From an uncultured Phycisphaerales bacterium (GTDB lineage Bacteria; Planctomycetota; Phycisphaerae; Phycisphaerales; UBA1924), in NCBI GenBank assembly GCA_963973795.1, contig CAXBAF010000007.1, positions 27,200-91,199 of the forward strand: a DNA stretch of 64,000 nt, written 5' to 3'. Positions 27,801 through 38,300 of the stretch are shown piece after piece (the stretch's first letter is position 1; every line of letters starts with the position of its first letter). Position numbers and translations under genes: made by a program. The notes beneath the pieces were generated by a model, which did no database searches, was not told the DNA's origin, and was given only the letters and a program-made list of their open reading frames with translations.

Positions 27801-29478
27801 GGCGGAGCAGTGGGGCGGCTCCTGGGCGGCCGCAAACATGGAATGGCGAGCAGAAGCGCCGGAACTTGGTCGGTATATCGAAGCGCTCGGCTCGCCGAAC
27901 CCTGTCCGTCTCGGGGAGATCGCGCAGTCGCCCGACTCCCAGCCGGGGATCGCGTTTGTGGCGTGGAGCCGCCTCGACGAGGCCGACCCGGAATGGGGCA
28001 CGTCGATCGAGCAACTCGAACTGGATCGGGTCGTGACGGGGCGTCTCGCGGAGTCTGTCGCAGCTCTCCCCGAAGCGAGGGCGGCGGAGGTGACTTCGAG
28101 CATGTCTCGATCGGCGACGGCGCGGTGGCTCCGAGGTGCATCTTCGTGCGACGCTGCACAGTTTTCGAGGATCGCAGCGATCGGTGGTGATCTTCCGCTC
28201 GCGGAAGACCAACTCCCGGCTGGCGTCCGATTCAACCTGTTTGTCGAAGGGCTCCGGCGCTCGCTGGGTCGGGGCGAACCGCTCGACCGGGAAGAACTCG
28301 TCGCTCAGGCAGAATCGGCGCGTGCTGGCCTCGATGAAGGCGGTGGAGCGAGCGCCTGGCTGGCGTCGTTCGTTGATGAGCTTACGGCCCGAGAGGGGCG
28401 TGAGGTTGACTACCGCGTCATCGGCCCGGCGAGAGCGGGGTGGGCTGTTGAGCCGTTCGATTCGGGGCGTGTGCTCCGATATTCATGGACCGGCGCGAAC
28501 CAACCCCGTGAACTGACATTCCGGCTCGTTGAATCGCCGGAGGCCGGCGTGTTTTATCTGGCGGAGACCGAGGCTCCGGCGTGGTTGATGATCGATTTCG
28601 TGCTCAATGGCGAGTACGCCGAGGCCGTGGCATCGAGCCTCCCCGAAGATTGGGACCCGATCCCCGACACCCGGCTCGGGCCGAGAGTCTGGGATTGGGG
28701 GCGGCAGCGAGGCGGCCGCGGGATCCGACTGGCCCGCACCTGGGTGATGAAGGATCGAGGGTCGGACCGGCCGTATTACGCGGACGGGTTCGAGGATCGT
28801 GTCGGCCGACCCGGTGATGACCACCCGATCCAACGAGTTTCAGCTCGGGCGGCGGCGAGCATCGCGGCAGCGGCCGGCTGCCGCTTGCCGACGCAGGCGG
28901 AATGGCGTGCCGCCTTCGGCACGATCGGGAGTCCTCCGCCGAGTGCGGATTGGAATCTCCGCGACCGGACATTCGACGAGCAGCGCTCGCACACGCTCTC
29001 GCTCGGCGCGGGGCTCGCGGTGACGTGGCCCGACCAGCAGTCGTTCGTCGATGGCATGGACGGGATCGGGCAGGGGCCGGACGCGGAGAGCCACGAATGG
29101 TCGGATGGCGTGCTGTGGTTCACCGAGGTCGCGGCGGGTCGTGAGCGTCCGTTCCGCCACCTTCTCGGGAACGTCGCGGAGTATGTGCTGCCGGAAACGA
29201 ACGACGCGGCATGGCTGTCGGATCGGGGCGGCGACGTGGGAAGCCGCGTTCGTGCGCTCGGTGCGGTCTCGCGGGTGCTTCCGGTCATCGGTGGTTCGTC
29301 GCTCTCGCCGCCGGGCGTTGGCGTTGATCGGGCGGTCGTCCCGGCGACCGACACCGGCGTGCTCGGCTACTCAGATGTCGGCTTCCGGCTCGCGTTTTCG
29401 CCAGGGGTTGAAGCGCCGCTGGTGGTTGTGGTCGGGGAGCTTCTGGGCGATGCGCCGTTCTTGCGCATGGCTGATTAG
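24883..29478 (+). CDS. tagF: TagF (DUF2094) domain fused to a TM helix, a giant ectodomain and a C-terminal FGE-sulfatase-fold domain (1531 aa)
   Basis: The N-terminus reads VWLAVLGKHPGWNDHL and IGRMWSSSDGKGRSKYPMIACA, matching the TagF patterns GKLPsrGDFv and pS.D.vGR.yPl. The TM helix PLFLGIGAAAIVVVVVLAFLLM lies at nt about 25969-26034 and is followed by a Pro/Thr/Ala-rich linker. The C-terminus (nt about 28507-29410) reads LTFRLV...GCRLPTQAEWRAAFG...WNLRD...FRHLLGNVAEYV...GYSDVGFRLA. Confidence 0.8.
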   Translation: MPKSESHQVSASQRVWLAVLGKHPGWNDHLDDIGLDTERLVAVKRHLYVEGVGGAINAGTWEALSEQERDEGFSHTFFWRQADGMVIGRMWSSSDGKGRSKYPMIACAMCRSLPFSFVAGPLLERLRRLEAVCREVTTASDVIGAVDRVKAEVAELASFAPELSDAPVVGGESGKGSAAELIESGRLGEEGVGLKRVLYQMDREMGAYVRPEGSGTASRSRSVEVRGQHIRVPTSSGPISPGQEHRDLSLWARLLLNKIDPLVPIFLATKDGRDWVDIIVGELGPTPLACLQSSPEAMPYVSDIPFTIDGDIEQSIEQTIEASRAGTVVERDPCFVDVPQERLAPFLRPRRAETSAAETDRKPLFLGIGAAAIVVVVVLAFLLMRGGGDGVDQPETREQSRAEPAENPAATEISDGQTRADPVNPAATRETPPGSAVATDDQATEPAPADSPIDRPTEVIASDPVGRLEAFERWCARYEVWYLPFTEAIEDGAIAGDPVFAKELKAAIASAKREGDRLDPLINTPGRYRSLDSLRESPPDAIYEPGFGETIAAGLGPIETIRSVMHSSRWESREALSRMATLTESFGGVMPDDLSALSLRLDSDDGAEAAGAVLGLAAVSGSLGASVSAMDQLITVRGELESIPDNSVARAFDRLSPIGEESSGNTWLAEARRRSLELVAFGEELLEAAESNYPRVDPELFAGRIAALPEATDSATALAYLRGWIETTRDRSLYLLAPADDPRRGLSEPERVAALREGLQNLAVSDDNAETRELTGLLDAYDEAASELRDLSWNEATKARVTEETVALTALLDGIADRIDAESRSRAIEAERYIATLNATGTVTNSGSDAIDRAWITARDAAVDRFESDGDVVALSRAIDTTKESLASFESAMPRPEFDDGALGTLSAMFVSTADEERERVLSDLTTAADAASDDDALALYNEWRERIVESSGSLVSLRDGLDTWDDREAREAAEQWGGSWAAANMEWRAEAPELGRYIEALGSPNPVRLGEIAQSPDSQPGIAFVAWSRLDEADPEWGTSIEQLELDRVVTGRLAESVAALPEARAAEVTSSMSRSATARWLRGASSCDAAQFSRIAAIGGDLPLAEDQLPAGVRFNLFVEGLRRSLGRGEPLDREELVAQAESARAGLDEGGGASAWLASFVDELTAREGREVDYRVIGPARAGWAVEPFDSGRVLRYSWTGANQPRELTFRLVESPEAGVFYLAETEAPAWLMIDFVLNGEYAEAVASSLPEDWDPIPDTRLGPRVWDWGRQRGGRGIRLARTWVMKDRGSDRPYYADGFEDRVGRPGDDHPIQRVSARAAASIAAAAGCRLPTQAEWRAAFGTIGSPPPSADWNLRDRTFDEQRSHTLSLGAGLAVTWPDQQSFVDGMDGIGQGPDAESHEWSDGVLWFTEVAAGRERPFRHLLGNVAEYVLPETNDAAWLSDRGGDVGSRVRALGAVSRVLPVIGGSSLSPPGVGVDRAVVPATDTGVLGYSDVGFRLAFSPGVEAPLVVVVGELLGDAPFLRMAD

Positions 29479-29567
29479 GTTGCTTTGTGTGCGGCTGTGA
29501 CGGCCGGTGCGGGTAGTTTGTGCTAACATATGCGTGGGTGATTTTCCACCACGAGCGGGGTTTTGTC

Positions 29568-32252
29568 ATGGGAAGAATCATGCAGCGGAGCGTGCGGGCG
29601 ATTGTGCTCGCCTCTGGGGCAGCGGGCGGTCTTGCTTCGACCGGCGCCTGTGCGTTTGCGGTCTCCGGCGGCGTGTTCGCCGGCGTGGGCGTCGCGGCTG
29701 AGGTCGCGGTGGAAGGCACAGAGTTTGTGGTTGGCGCGGTGGAGGTTGTCTACGCGCCCGGGACCTCGGGCGGGATCGCCCCGTCGGAGCTTGCCGGGGT
29801 GGACGTTGAGCTCGTCCGCCAATCGAGCGGGCTCCTGATTGCCCCGGGGAGCGGGGCCGGCACGCCCGTCACGATCTCACTCGGGAACCTGAGCAACGCG
29901 CGCACGGAGCGTTTCGATTCGAGCGGTCTGCGCTCGGTGCTCGAGGCGATTCACGAGCGGTACACGACGCGGACCGGGGGCAAGGCGTACGTCGTTCCCG
30001 ACGCGACGCAGGTGCTGCTCCGCGGCATTGGTGAGGATTATCGAACCGGGTCGAGTGGCCTTCGGTTCGTCGTCTACCCCAGCCGGGGCACGAATGAACG
30101 CCCGACTCGCGCGACGCCGGCGCCTTCCACGGCCGCGAGTTCGCAGCCTGCAACAACGCCCGAACCTCGGCCGCGTCCTGCGGCGCAGCCTCAACAGGTG
30201 ACACCCGCACCGGCGGCATCGGTTCAGCGTCCGGCCGAGCAGCCGGCAGGTTCGGCCTCGACTCCAGCGCCGACTCAGTCCGAAGCGCCGGCGATCGTCG
30301 AGACAACTGATCCCGATGACGGAGGCCGCGAGCCGCCGGCTCGGATGGACCGGTCAACAACGGTGCGTGTTGTCCCGCAGGATGGGACGGTTTATGACCC
30401 CGACGACCTTCCGGTCGAGCAATTTGAGTTCGATGCGGAGATCGACGGTGAGTCGCCCTTCGAGATGACGGGCTTCGAGTTTTCGTTCCCCAAGCCGCAC
30501 CCCGACCTGCCGGCACCCGAGGCGCTCGGTGATGTCACGGTCCGGCTGATCCGGACGCCGAGCGGCTTTGTCGCGCGCGAGGGCCAGGGCAAGCTTGTCC
30601 GCTTGGGCGACCTGGGCGTTGGCGGTTCCGATCGGCTGTACTTCTCCGCCTTCGAGGCGTCGCTGGCTGCGGTGCTCCAATCGTTCCGCGACGATTCGAT
30701 CGTCGGTGTGCTTGTCACCCCCGATCCCGACAAGGGGATCGGTCCTGACGAGGTCGAGCGGTATTACGACGAGCGTTCGGAATACGGCGTTACGACGCTC
30801 CCGATTCTTGTCTATGTCCCGCAGGTCACCCGGCTGAAGACAATCGCGTCGGGCGATCGGATCGACACCGAAGACCGGCTGAACAGCCCGAAGCACGCGA
30901 GGATCACGCGGGGGTCGCCCCTGCAGCCGGGCGAGGGCGAGATGCCTAACGCGCTGCTGCGGTTCGAGCCCCTGAACACGTACGCGTTCCAGCAGAGCCG
31001 GCACCCCGGCCGGCGCGTGGATGTCGCGATCGCTGATGGCAGCGTGCCGGGCGAGCCCGAGACGCAGGGCGACGCGGAGGTGCAGTACCTCGTGCAGGAG
31101 ATCAAGCCCTGGACGATCTACGCCCAGTTCTCGAACACGGGCACGGAGCAGACCGATCAGTTCCGCGAGCGTGTCGGCTTCGTCAACAACCAACTTCTCG
31201 GCTTCGACGACATCTTCTCGATCGACTACATCACCAGCAATCTCCGCGAGAGTCACGCGATCGTCACTTCATACGACGTGCCCCTTTCGGATGATGGCCG
31301 ACTCCGGGCGAAGGTCGAGGGCGAGTGGTCGGAGTACAAGGCCTCGGATGTCGGCGTCGCGAATGAGAGCTTCGAGGGCCGGACATACGGATTTGGCGGC
31401 GAGCTTCGGTACAACTTCCTGCAGGTCAACGATTTCTTCGTCGATGTTTACGGCGGGGGCAAGTACCGCGATATCGAGGTCGAGAACCTGGGGCTTGTCA
31501 ACGGACGTGGTCAGGAAGAAGTCTTCGTCTTCGACGTCGGACTGAGAGCCGAGCGGGTGCGAGCGAACTATTCGATCTTCGCGGAGGTCGGGCTTGAGAT
31601 CTCGGCGAACGGGATCACGGGTGCGAACGAGGCGGATCTTGAGCGGCTCGGCCGCCTGAACCCCGACGAGGAGTGGACGGCGCTCCATTGGGACGTTGAT
31701 CACAGCTTCTACCTCGACGGTATCGGTTCATGGAACTCCGGGAACCGTCAGTTGGTCCACGAGATCGCGTCGCGATTCAGCGGGCAATACGCGTTTAACA
31801 ACCGCCTCATCCCCAACTATCAGACGGTGGGCGGCGGTCTCTACACGGTCCGCGGGTATCGCGAATCGCTGGTCGCGGGTGATAACGGCGTCTTTGCAAG
31901 CGTCGAGTACCGCTTCCATCTCCCCAAGGCGCTGCCCGCGGGCGATCAGAGCGTTTCGGTGTTCGGCGAGTCGTATCGCGTGCGGACCGACAGCGAAGGT
32001 CTTGCACCCGATTGGGACTTCATTCTCAAGGCTTTCTTCGATGTCGGGTATGTGAACAACAGCCGGGCGCTCGGGTTCGAGAGCGACGAGTCGCTGATGG
32101 GCACCGGGTTGGGTGCCGAGCTGCGTCTGGCGGGGAATCTGAGTTTTCGGACCGACTGGGGCATCGTATTGGACGAGATTGGTTCCGATACCCCCTCCCC
32201 GACGACGGTTGGATCGCAGCGTTGGCACTTTGTCTTCACGCTGCTCTACTGA
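29568..32252 (+). CDS. Two-partner-secretion outer-membrane transporter (TpsB; ShlB/FhaC/HecB family) with an extended N-terminal region
   Basis: ATG 29568 gives MGRIMQRSVRAIVLASGAAGGLASTGACAFA (signal peptide). The C-terminal barrel carries QTVGGGLYTVRGYRESLVAGDNGVFASVEYRF and a terminal aromatic (FVFTLLY). It lies immediately upstream of a TPS-domain gene. Confidence 0.85.
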   Translation: MGRIMQRSVRAIVLASGAAGGLASTGACAFAVSGGVFAGVGVAAEVAVEGTEFVVGAVEVVYAPGTSGGIAPSELAGVDVELVRQSSGLLIAPGSGAGTPVTISLGNLSNARTERFDSSGLRSVLEAIHERYTTRTGGKAYVVPDATQVLLRGIGEDYRTGSSGLRFVVYPSRGTNERPTRATPAPSTAASSQPATTPEPRPRPAAQPQQVTPAPAASVQRPAEQPAGSASTPAPTQSEAPAIVETTDPDDGGREPPARMDRSTTVRVVPQDGTVYDPDDLPVEQFEFDAEIDGESPFEMTGFEFSFPKPHPDLPAPEALGDVTVRLIRTPSGFVAREGQGKLVRLGDLGVGGSDRLYFSAFEASLAAVLQSFRDDSIVGVLVTPDPDKGIGPDEVERYYDERSEYGVTTLPILVYVPQVTRLKTIASGDRIDTEDRLNSPKHARITRGSPLQPGEGEMPNALLRFEPLNTYAFQQSRHPGRRVDVAIADGSVPGEPETQGDAEVQYLVQEIKPWTIYAQFSNTGTEQTDQFRERVGFVNNQLLGFDDIFSIDYITSNLRESHAIVTSYDVPLSDDGRLRAKVEGEWSEYKASDVGVANESFEGRTYGFGGELRYNFLQVNDFFVDVYGGGKYRDIEVENLGLVNGRGQEEVFVFDVGLRAERVRANYSIFAEVGLEISANGITGANEADLERLGRLNPDEEWTALHWDVDHSFYLDGIGSWNSGNRQLVHEIASRFSGQYAFNNRLIPNYQTVGGGLYTVRGYRESLVAGDNGVFASVEYRFHLPKALPAGDQSVSVFGESYRVRTDSEGLAPDWDFILKAFFDVGYVNNSRALGFESDESLMGTGLGAELRLAGNLSFRTDWGIVLDEIGSDTPSPTTVGSQRWHFVFTLLY

Positions 32253-32350
32253 GTTGCTTGTTTCTGTTGTAGACTGGACTTACGAGCGCCCCGGGAAGGG
32301 AATCGCTCCTTTGCTTCGCGTCAACACCGATAAGAATTGAGGGCCTCGAG

Positions 32351-35300
32351 ATGTCGCAACGTCAGACCAAGAGCCGTATGCAGAATCGCCGTGATCGTTC
32401 GCGCACGAGCGGGCTGATCACCGCGGGTGTGATCGCGGGCGTGGTGAGCGTCCCGGCGCTGGCGGGTCCCAGTGGCGAGCAGGTCGTCCACGGGTCGGCC
32501 CGATTCGACCGCGCCGGCAACCACACGACGATCACGACGAGCGATCGCGCGATCATCAACTATGACTCGTTCAACCTGAACCAGTACGAATCCGTCCGGT
32601 TCATGCAGCCCGGTGCGTCGTCGCGGGTTCTGAACCGGATCCAGGGCGCGGCCCCGACGTTGATCGACGGTTCGGTATTCGCCAACGGTAATGTCTACTT
32701 CGTGAACCGGGCGGGTGTCTTCTTCGGGCAGAACGCCGTGATCAACGTGGGCGGGATCTACGCCGCCGCGGGCAACATCACCAACCAGGACTTCCTGAAC
32801 AATGTCAACCAGTTCACCGACCTGTCGGGATCGGTGATCAACGAGGGCACAATCAACGCGACCAGCGAGGCCCACCTGGTTGGTCGTCGGGTCGCGAACT
32901 TTGGACGGATCGTCGCGCCGAACGGCATGGTTTCGATGACCGCCGGGAACGACGTCCTGCTCGGCCAGCGCGGGGGGAGGGTCTTCGCGCGGATCAGTGG
33001 CGACGCGTCGAACGCGGGCGCGGTCGGCGTCGAGAACCACGGTGTCATCGACGCCGGCTCGGGCCAGGTACTCGCGGGTGTGGGTGATCACTTCGCGCTG
33101 GCGCTTTACGACACCTCGGTGATCCGGGGCGATTCGGTCCGCATCGCGGGCTCGGCCCGCAGCACGGTGACGGTGCGCGGCGACATCGACGCCAGCAACG
33201 CGACCGGCAGCGGTGGTGATATCGAGATCCTCGGCGGGCGGATCGGTGTCTACGGCGCCGATCTGGACGCGAGCGGCACGACCGGTGGCGGCAATATCAA
33301 TATCGGCGGCGATGAGCGCGGGCTCGGCGAACGGCTCCGCGCCGAGGTGACGCTTGTGGACAGCGGGACCTCGCTGTCGGTCGATGCGACCTCGAGCGGT
33401 GACGCCGGGCGTGTCGTCGCGTGGTCCGACGGCGCAACAGTGTTCCGCGGAAAGGTCAGCGGCAACGCGCCGGGCAAGGGCGGCTTCACCGAGGTGTCGT
33501 CGCTGGGCTATCTGGAATTCAACGGCTCGATCGATCTTCGGGGCGCCGCCCAGAACGGCACGCTTCTGCTCGATCCCAAGAACATCATCGTGACCGCGAC
33601 GAATCAGGGCGGCGCGACGGATATCAACGACGTCAACAGCTTCGCCGTCGACCCGAACGCGACCACACTCATCCATGACCAGGTCCTCGAAGGCTGGCTC
33701 AACGGCGGCATCCTCGCGGACATCGTCTTCCAGGCGAACAACGACTTTATCTTCAACCCGTTCGCGTCTGTGACACAGAACGCCGGAACCAACTCACTCC
33801 GCATCTTCGCGGGTCGTCGAGTCGTGTTCGGCCCGAACTCGAATCTGATCATGGGCGGCGGCAGTCTGTTCGCGGTCGCGAACGCGGTGAATGAAGCCGG
33901 TTTCGTCGCGGCGAGCCGCGACGCGGGTCTCGGCTCGATCATCCTCGCGAACGGCTCGAACATCGAGATCCAGGGTGCGGGCCAGGTCGCGGACTTCACC
34001 GTCGATACCGGTGCGATGTCCGGTTCCATCGTCATGGTGGGGGAGCTGCTTTCGCCGACGATCAACCTCACCACGATCGACGCCACGAGCCAAGTGCTCT
34101 TCGTCGAAGACGGCAACGGGCTCACCGACCAGATCGGGCTCGGGGGCAGCGTCATCGTGAACGCGGGCGGTCAGGTCCTGTTCACCGGCAACGCGGGCGA
34201 GTGGTCGTTCGGTGCGCTGGATGTCACATCGCCTGAGATCCTCTTTGATAATGCCGCGACGGGCGTCGCGGCGACGGCCGGCTCGCTCCGGTTCGCCTCG
34301 CCTGTGTTCAACTCGGCGACCAACGGTCTGTTCACCTTCAACGGCCCGGCTGCCATCGAGGGGACCTACACGTCGGCCGGCGCGGCGCTCTTCACGGGCA
34401 CGCTGGACCTTGAGGGCGGGATCGATAGCAACGGCGACCTGACTTTCCAGGACGCGGTGACCCTGACGGGCGACGCGGTCATCAATCAGCTCTCGGCGGG
34501 CAATATTGAGTTCGCGAGCACCCTCGGCGCAACGAACGCGCTCATGGATGACCTGACCGTCAACCTCAACGGCAACGGCGACCTCTCGTTCCGCGGGCAG
34601 ATCGGGACCTTCGCGTCCCAACTCGGAGATATCCGGGTAACCGGCCTCAACGACACGCTCACGTTTGATGACTTTGTCTTCGCCGATTCGCTGACCTCCT
34701 CGGGTATCGGCGGCACGGTCAACCTCGGCAACGGCGATGACCAGTTCACGCTGCAGGGCAACAACGGGGCGGGCGCGGCGCTCGCGATCACTGGCGCCGA
34801 TGTCAATCTGGGCGGCAACGTGCTCGCGGTGGCGAGCGGTGTCTCCATCGAGCAACTGCTCACCGTCGCCGGCGATTTCTCGATCGGTGCGCTCAACCCA
34901 GCCGGGACGATCTCGCTGGGGTCGGTGCTTCTCGATGCCTCGGGCGGCAACGCGAACCTGACGCTCAACACGTTCGGCGGGGCGGACATCTTCGTCGCCG
35001 ACGGCGCGGGCGAGACCATCCGGCGCGACGCGAGCGGCGCGAACAGCGCCGATCTGAACATCAACTCGTCAGGCGGCGACGTGACCCTCGGCAATGTTCT
35101 CGCGAACGGGGCCGCGGATAACTTCCTGAATCTCCTTGAGATCCAGGCGGGCGCAGGCGAGGTGAACTATGCGGGCACCCGCTACGCGGCCGAGACGCTG
35201 ACGCTCAACGCCGCCGCCCACAACCTCGCCGACGCGGACAGCGTCTTCGGGGACGACGCGGCGTCGACCGCCGTCACCCAGGACATCTCCTTCCTGGGCG

Positions 35301-38300
35301 GCAATGTCAATGTCGCCGCGGGGCGGATGCTCGAGCTGAACGCGCTCGGCGCGGGCGGCAACGCTTCGGTTTTCGGCGTGCGGACGAACGGCGCGGGCTC
35401 CTCGCTCGTCTTCCGCGCGACCGACACCGCGTCGCTCGGCACGGGCGACACGGTCGGCGACGCGGGCAACGCCCTCGCGTCGATCGACGTGATCTCCGAT
35501 GACGTCACGATCGGCAACGGGATCTTCGCGACCGATCTGCTCCTCGATCCCACACTCGATTTCCTGACCTTCGGCGCCGTCAATTTCCTCGGCATGATGG
35601 TCGACGCGGGCGAGATCGCGAACCTCAACCTCGGTGCGATCGGCACCCTCTCGCTCGGCAGCAACGACATCGCCAACTTCGGCGCGTACAACGGCATTAC
35701 GGTTCTCACCGGCGGCACCGCGCTCACTTCCGTCGGGCAGCTCAACGCCTTCGGGAATACCTCGGTCTCCGGCTCATTCGTGACGAACGCCGCGGGGGTG
35801 AACTTCTTCGGCCCCACGACGCTCAATGCGGGCTCGACTTTCCAGACCACCGATTCGCAGGTGCGGTTCTTCTCATCCCTGGCGGCGTTCAACAACGCCT
35901 CTCTGGTCGATACCGGCAACGGGCTGATCTCGTTCGTCAACATCCTGCCGGTCCCGGGCGGCGTCGAGGTCGGCGCGGCGATCGACGCGGCCTTCGGCGG
36001 CGGCTCGCTCGCCATCACCACCGGGGCGGGCGGCACGGTCACACTCTTCGACGTCGGCCCCGCATCGCAGCTCGCGACGCTCACCGTAGACGGCGGGACC
36101 ATCAACTTCCGCGGCCAGCGATACGACGCCGCGGCCCAGACTTACACCGCCGACGCGTTCAACCTGCTCGGGGACGGGCCCGGCGTCCCGGGCAACGCGA
36201 TCTCCTTCTCGGGTGTGACGCCCGGGATGAATGTCCAGTCGCTCTCGTTCCTCGATCTGGGCGGCGGCGCTGACGCGACCGTGCAGGTCGCGGCGGGCGT
36301 CGCGGTCGACGCGATGCTCGACGGGGCGTTCCTCTCCGAGGCCGAGATCCTCGGGACGGGCGGCGCCGAGTCGCTGACCGTCGACGCGGGCTCGATCCAA
36401 CTCGACCGCGATCTCGGCAACTTCGCACCGGGTTCGGAGCTTGGGTCGGTCTCGCTGACCGCCGCCAACATCACCGCCGCGAATGTGTTCACCTCCGGTG
36501 ACCAGACCTACACGCTCGATACGGGTGCCGGGCAGCTGACGCTGAACGGCGCGACCTATCTCAGCACGGGCGCGTCCACGATCTCGATCAACGGCACCGC
36601 CGCGGACAACGTCCTTCTCAACGCGGGCGGACCGACGCTGTTTAATGTCGCGAACGGCACCGTCAACCTGAATGTCCCCTCGATCGTCGGGGCGGGCAAC
36701 GACCTCGTGGTGAACGCGGGGACCGCGGGCACGATCACCTTCGCGCCGGGCATCCAGATCACCGACGCGGGCCAGTTCTACTCCGCGGGCACGATGAACT
36801 TCCTCGGCTCCGCGATGCTCTCGAGCATGAACCCGGGGGCGGCGATCTCGTTCATTGGGGGCACGGTCGGCACGGCAGGCGACCTGACGATCCAGACCAC
36901 GGGCGCGAATGCGGGTGTGAATTTCACGAGCGCACCGCTAACCGTGGGCGGCGCCCTGCTCGTGACGACCGCGGGTGACGCGTCCGCCGTTGGCTTCTCG
37001 GGCGGGTCCGTGAACGCGACGGCCCTGATCATCTCGACGACCGGTCCGAACTCCGGTATTTCCTTCTTCAACGCCCCGGTGACAGCCACTAGCTTGTTCG
37101 CGCGGACCACTGGCGATTCGTCGGCCGTGGACTTCACGGGCGGCTCGATCAGCACAACGGTGGGCGCGCTCATCACGACCGGGGGTGCGAACTCCGGCAT
37201 CTCTCTCACCAACGCCTCGCTCACCGGGGGGACCAGCGTGGTCTTCTCGACCGGTGGCGACGCCTCCGTGCTGAACTTCTCGGGCAGCGCGATCAACGCC
37301 GCCGATGACATAGTGTTCCAGACCTTCGGCATGAACTCCGGTATCGACCTCATCAACGCTCCGCTGACCGCGGGCGGCAACTTGCTCCTGCAGTCAACCG
37401 GCGACGGCTCCGCCCTGGACTTCTCGGGCAGCGCGATCAACGCCGCCAATGACCTGACACTCGACACCGCCGGTGCGAACTCCGGTATCACCCTCACCAC
37501 CGCCCCGCTGACCGCGGGCGGCACCCTGCTCGTCCGGTCCACCGGCGACAACTCTGCCCTGAGCCTCTCGGGCGGCGCGATCAACACGACGGGTGACCTG
37601 ACGATCTCGACGACCGGCGCGAATTCCGATGTTGCCCTTGCGAACGCCGCGGCGACCATCGGCGGGCTGACGACGATCACGACCACGGGTCTGAACGCGG
37701 GGATCGCGTTGACCAACGCCCCGCTGAGCCTGGGCGGCAACCTGCTGCTCCAGACCACCGGCGCGAACTCGGCGGTGAACGCCGCGGGCGGGGCGATCAC
37801 CCTCAACGGATTCGATGTCACGGTCGACGTGTCCGGCGTTGGCGGGGATGTAAGCCTCGCGAACCTGATCGCCGCGGGCGGCGAGACGGTGACGATCCGT
37901 GCCAACGGCCTGACGACCCTCGCGGGTGCGGGCGGCGCGGGCCTCGGCTTGCTCGATCTGCAGACCAACACGCTCGCGATCAACGGTCTGACGGCCGCCG
38001 ACAGTGTGCTGATCAACACCCTCGGGTTCAACCCGCAGGACATTTCTGTGGGCGATGACGCCGCGCTCACGCCCGGGACACTCAACATCTCGAACGCGTC
38101 GCTGGCGAACCTCACGCCGGTCGCCGGGGGGACCAACAGCCTCACGATCGGCAACGCGGCATACGCGGGGCAGATCCTGATCGGGGACGCGACGATCAAC
38201 CGTGATGTCGCGTTCACAACGGGAGGCAGCGGGATCATCAGTCTCGCTTCGACCGGCCTGCAGGGTACGGGCGGCCTGACGAGCATCGCGATGACCGCTC

